64,000 nucleotides of DNA from Fimicolochytrium jonesii (Eukaryota): assembly GCF_025526975.1 (NCBI RefSeq), contig NW_026515686.1, positions 124,001 to 188,000 on the forward strand, written 5' to 3'. The notes under the pieces were generated by a model that saw only the letters and a list, made by a program, of their open reading frames with translations, was not told where the DNA came from and ran no database searches. Position numbers and translations under genes: made by a program. Shown here in pieces: positions 63,248 to 64,000 of this stretch. How positions within the stretch are numbered: position 1 is the first letter of the stretch; each line of letters begins with the position of its first letter.

Positions 63248-63603
63248 GGGGAGGGACAACCGGGCCATGTGGCTACCGTTTCATCTGCCTGCTAGCGCAC
63301 TGTACATAGAAACTCTCCATCACAATGACGTTTATCGACCTTATCACACTGTGCAAGTTGAGGGTTCATGTGTGCATATCGGCCTGCAAAACGAAGGACA
63401 CATGTGAAGCTTGTGAAGAAGCACGCGTGATAATGTCACCGCTCGTTTTCGAAGGCAACACAAAGTAAAGCCCAACAACTATTCCCAGAAAACCTTGGGC
63501 CATGAAGCATCCCTCGGCCTTCTGCCGGAGACATGCTTCAAAGTACTAAGCTTCAGAGACGCAAAAGCAGCGTGCGGTTAGGCAGCACCGAAACGTGCTC
63601 AAG

Positions 63604-64000
63604 ATGGCTGTTCAGGACGCCAAAAGCCTGGTCCTTTACTTGAAGCGCCCAGCGCTTTTCACCCGGAGCGACCAAGAAACATGGCTTTTGAACAAACTCA
63701 TGCGGGACTGGAATCCGGCGGAGCTGGAGGTAATGGACTTCTCTTGCTTGAATTGGGGCCACCGCCCGAGTCGCCAGGGTCTTGAGCATGGAGTGTGACG
63801 ATGATCTTAACGCCAACCTGACCTTGACAGGACGACATCATCGAAGTGGTAGATATCTCCACAGACGCCGACGTACCCTGGGCCCGGTCGAAAGGCCACG
63901 AAGACGCCGATGTGGACAGCCCAATATCTCCCGACACCTTCCAGGATCGATTGCAGCCCGACAGTGTTGTCAGCGGCGGGGAGACAGGGGATGCTCCAGA
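63604..64000 (+). CDS. Possible 5' end of an unknown gene running out of the window
   Basis: MAVQDAKSLVLYLKRP..PAELE, GT-AG intron 63730-63830, then an open acidic frame DDIIEVVDIS... to the window end. Confidence 0.35.

Overview
Intron-rich, GC-rich eukaryotic DNA, most likely from a zoosporic (chytrid-type) fungus. The evidence is short GT-AG introns and fungal housekeeping genes alongside genes typically missing from yeasts and moulds (vinculin, AXDND1, a DDIAS-like OB-fold protein). About 24 protein genes can be built by hand: WASP-like WH1 protein (partial), RAI1/DXO, MED7, AP-3 delta, glycogen synthase, eIF2D, DDIAS-like, HAUS4, ABCD peroxisomal transporter, Rab GGTase beta, Derlin, RING/TRAF-like Zn finger, DUS1, YbaK-like, NAPE-PLD, vinculin, AXDND1, MRE11, FIS1, SelO (Cys form), ALG3 and three hypotheticals. 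There is also a decayed Tc1/mariner transposase. Many genes form head-to-head pairs. The most notable unexplained structures are: (1) a colinear ~200-bp hairpin + GAGC-repeat element inside unusually long introns of unrelated genes, always on the sense strand; (2) about 20 TAC(A/T)GTA heptamers, mostly non-coding, matching Tc1 excision footprints; (3) a periodic C-rich to G-rich skew independent of gene strand. All family calls come from motif recognition by eye, no searches were run, and exon boundaries are approximate. No rRNA, tRNA or CRISPR was seen.
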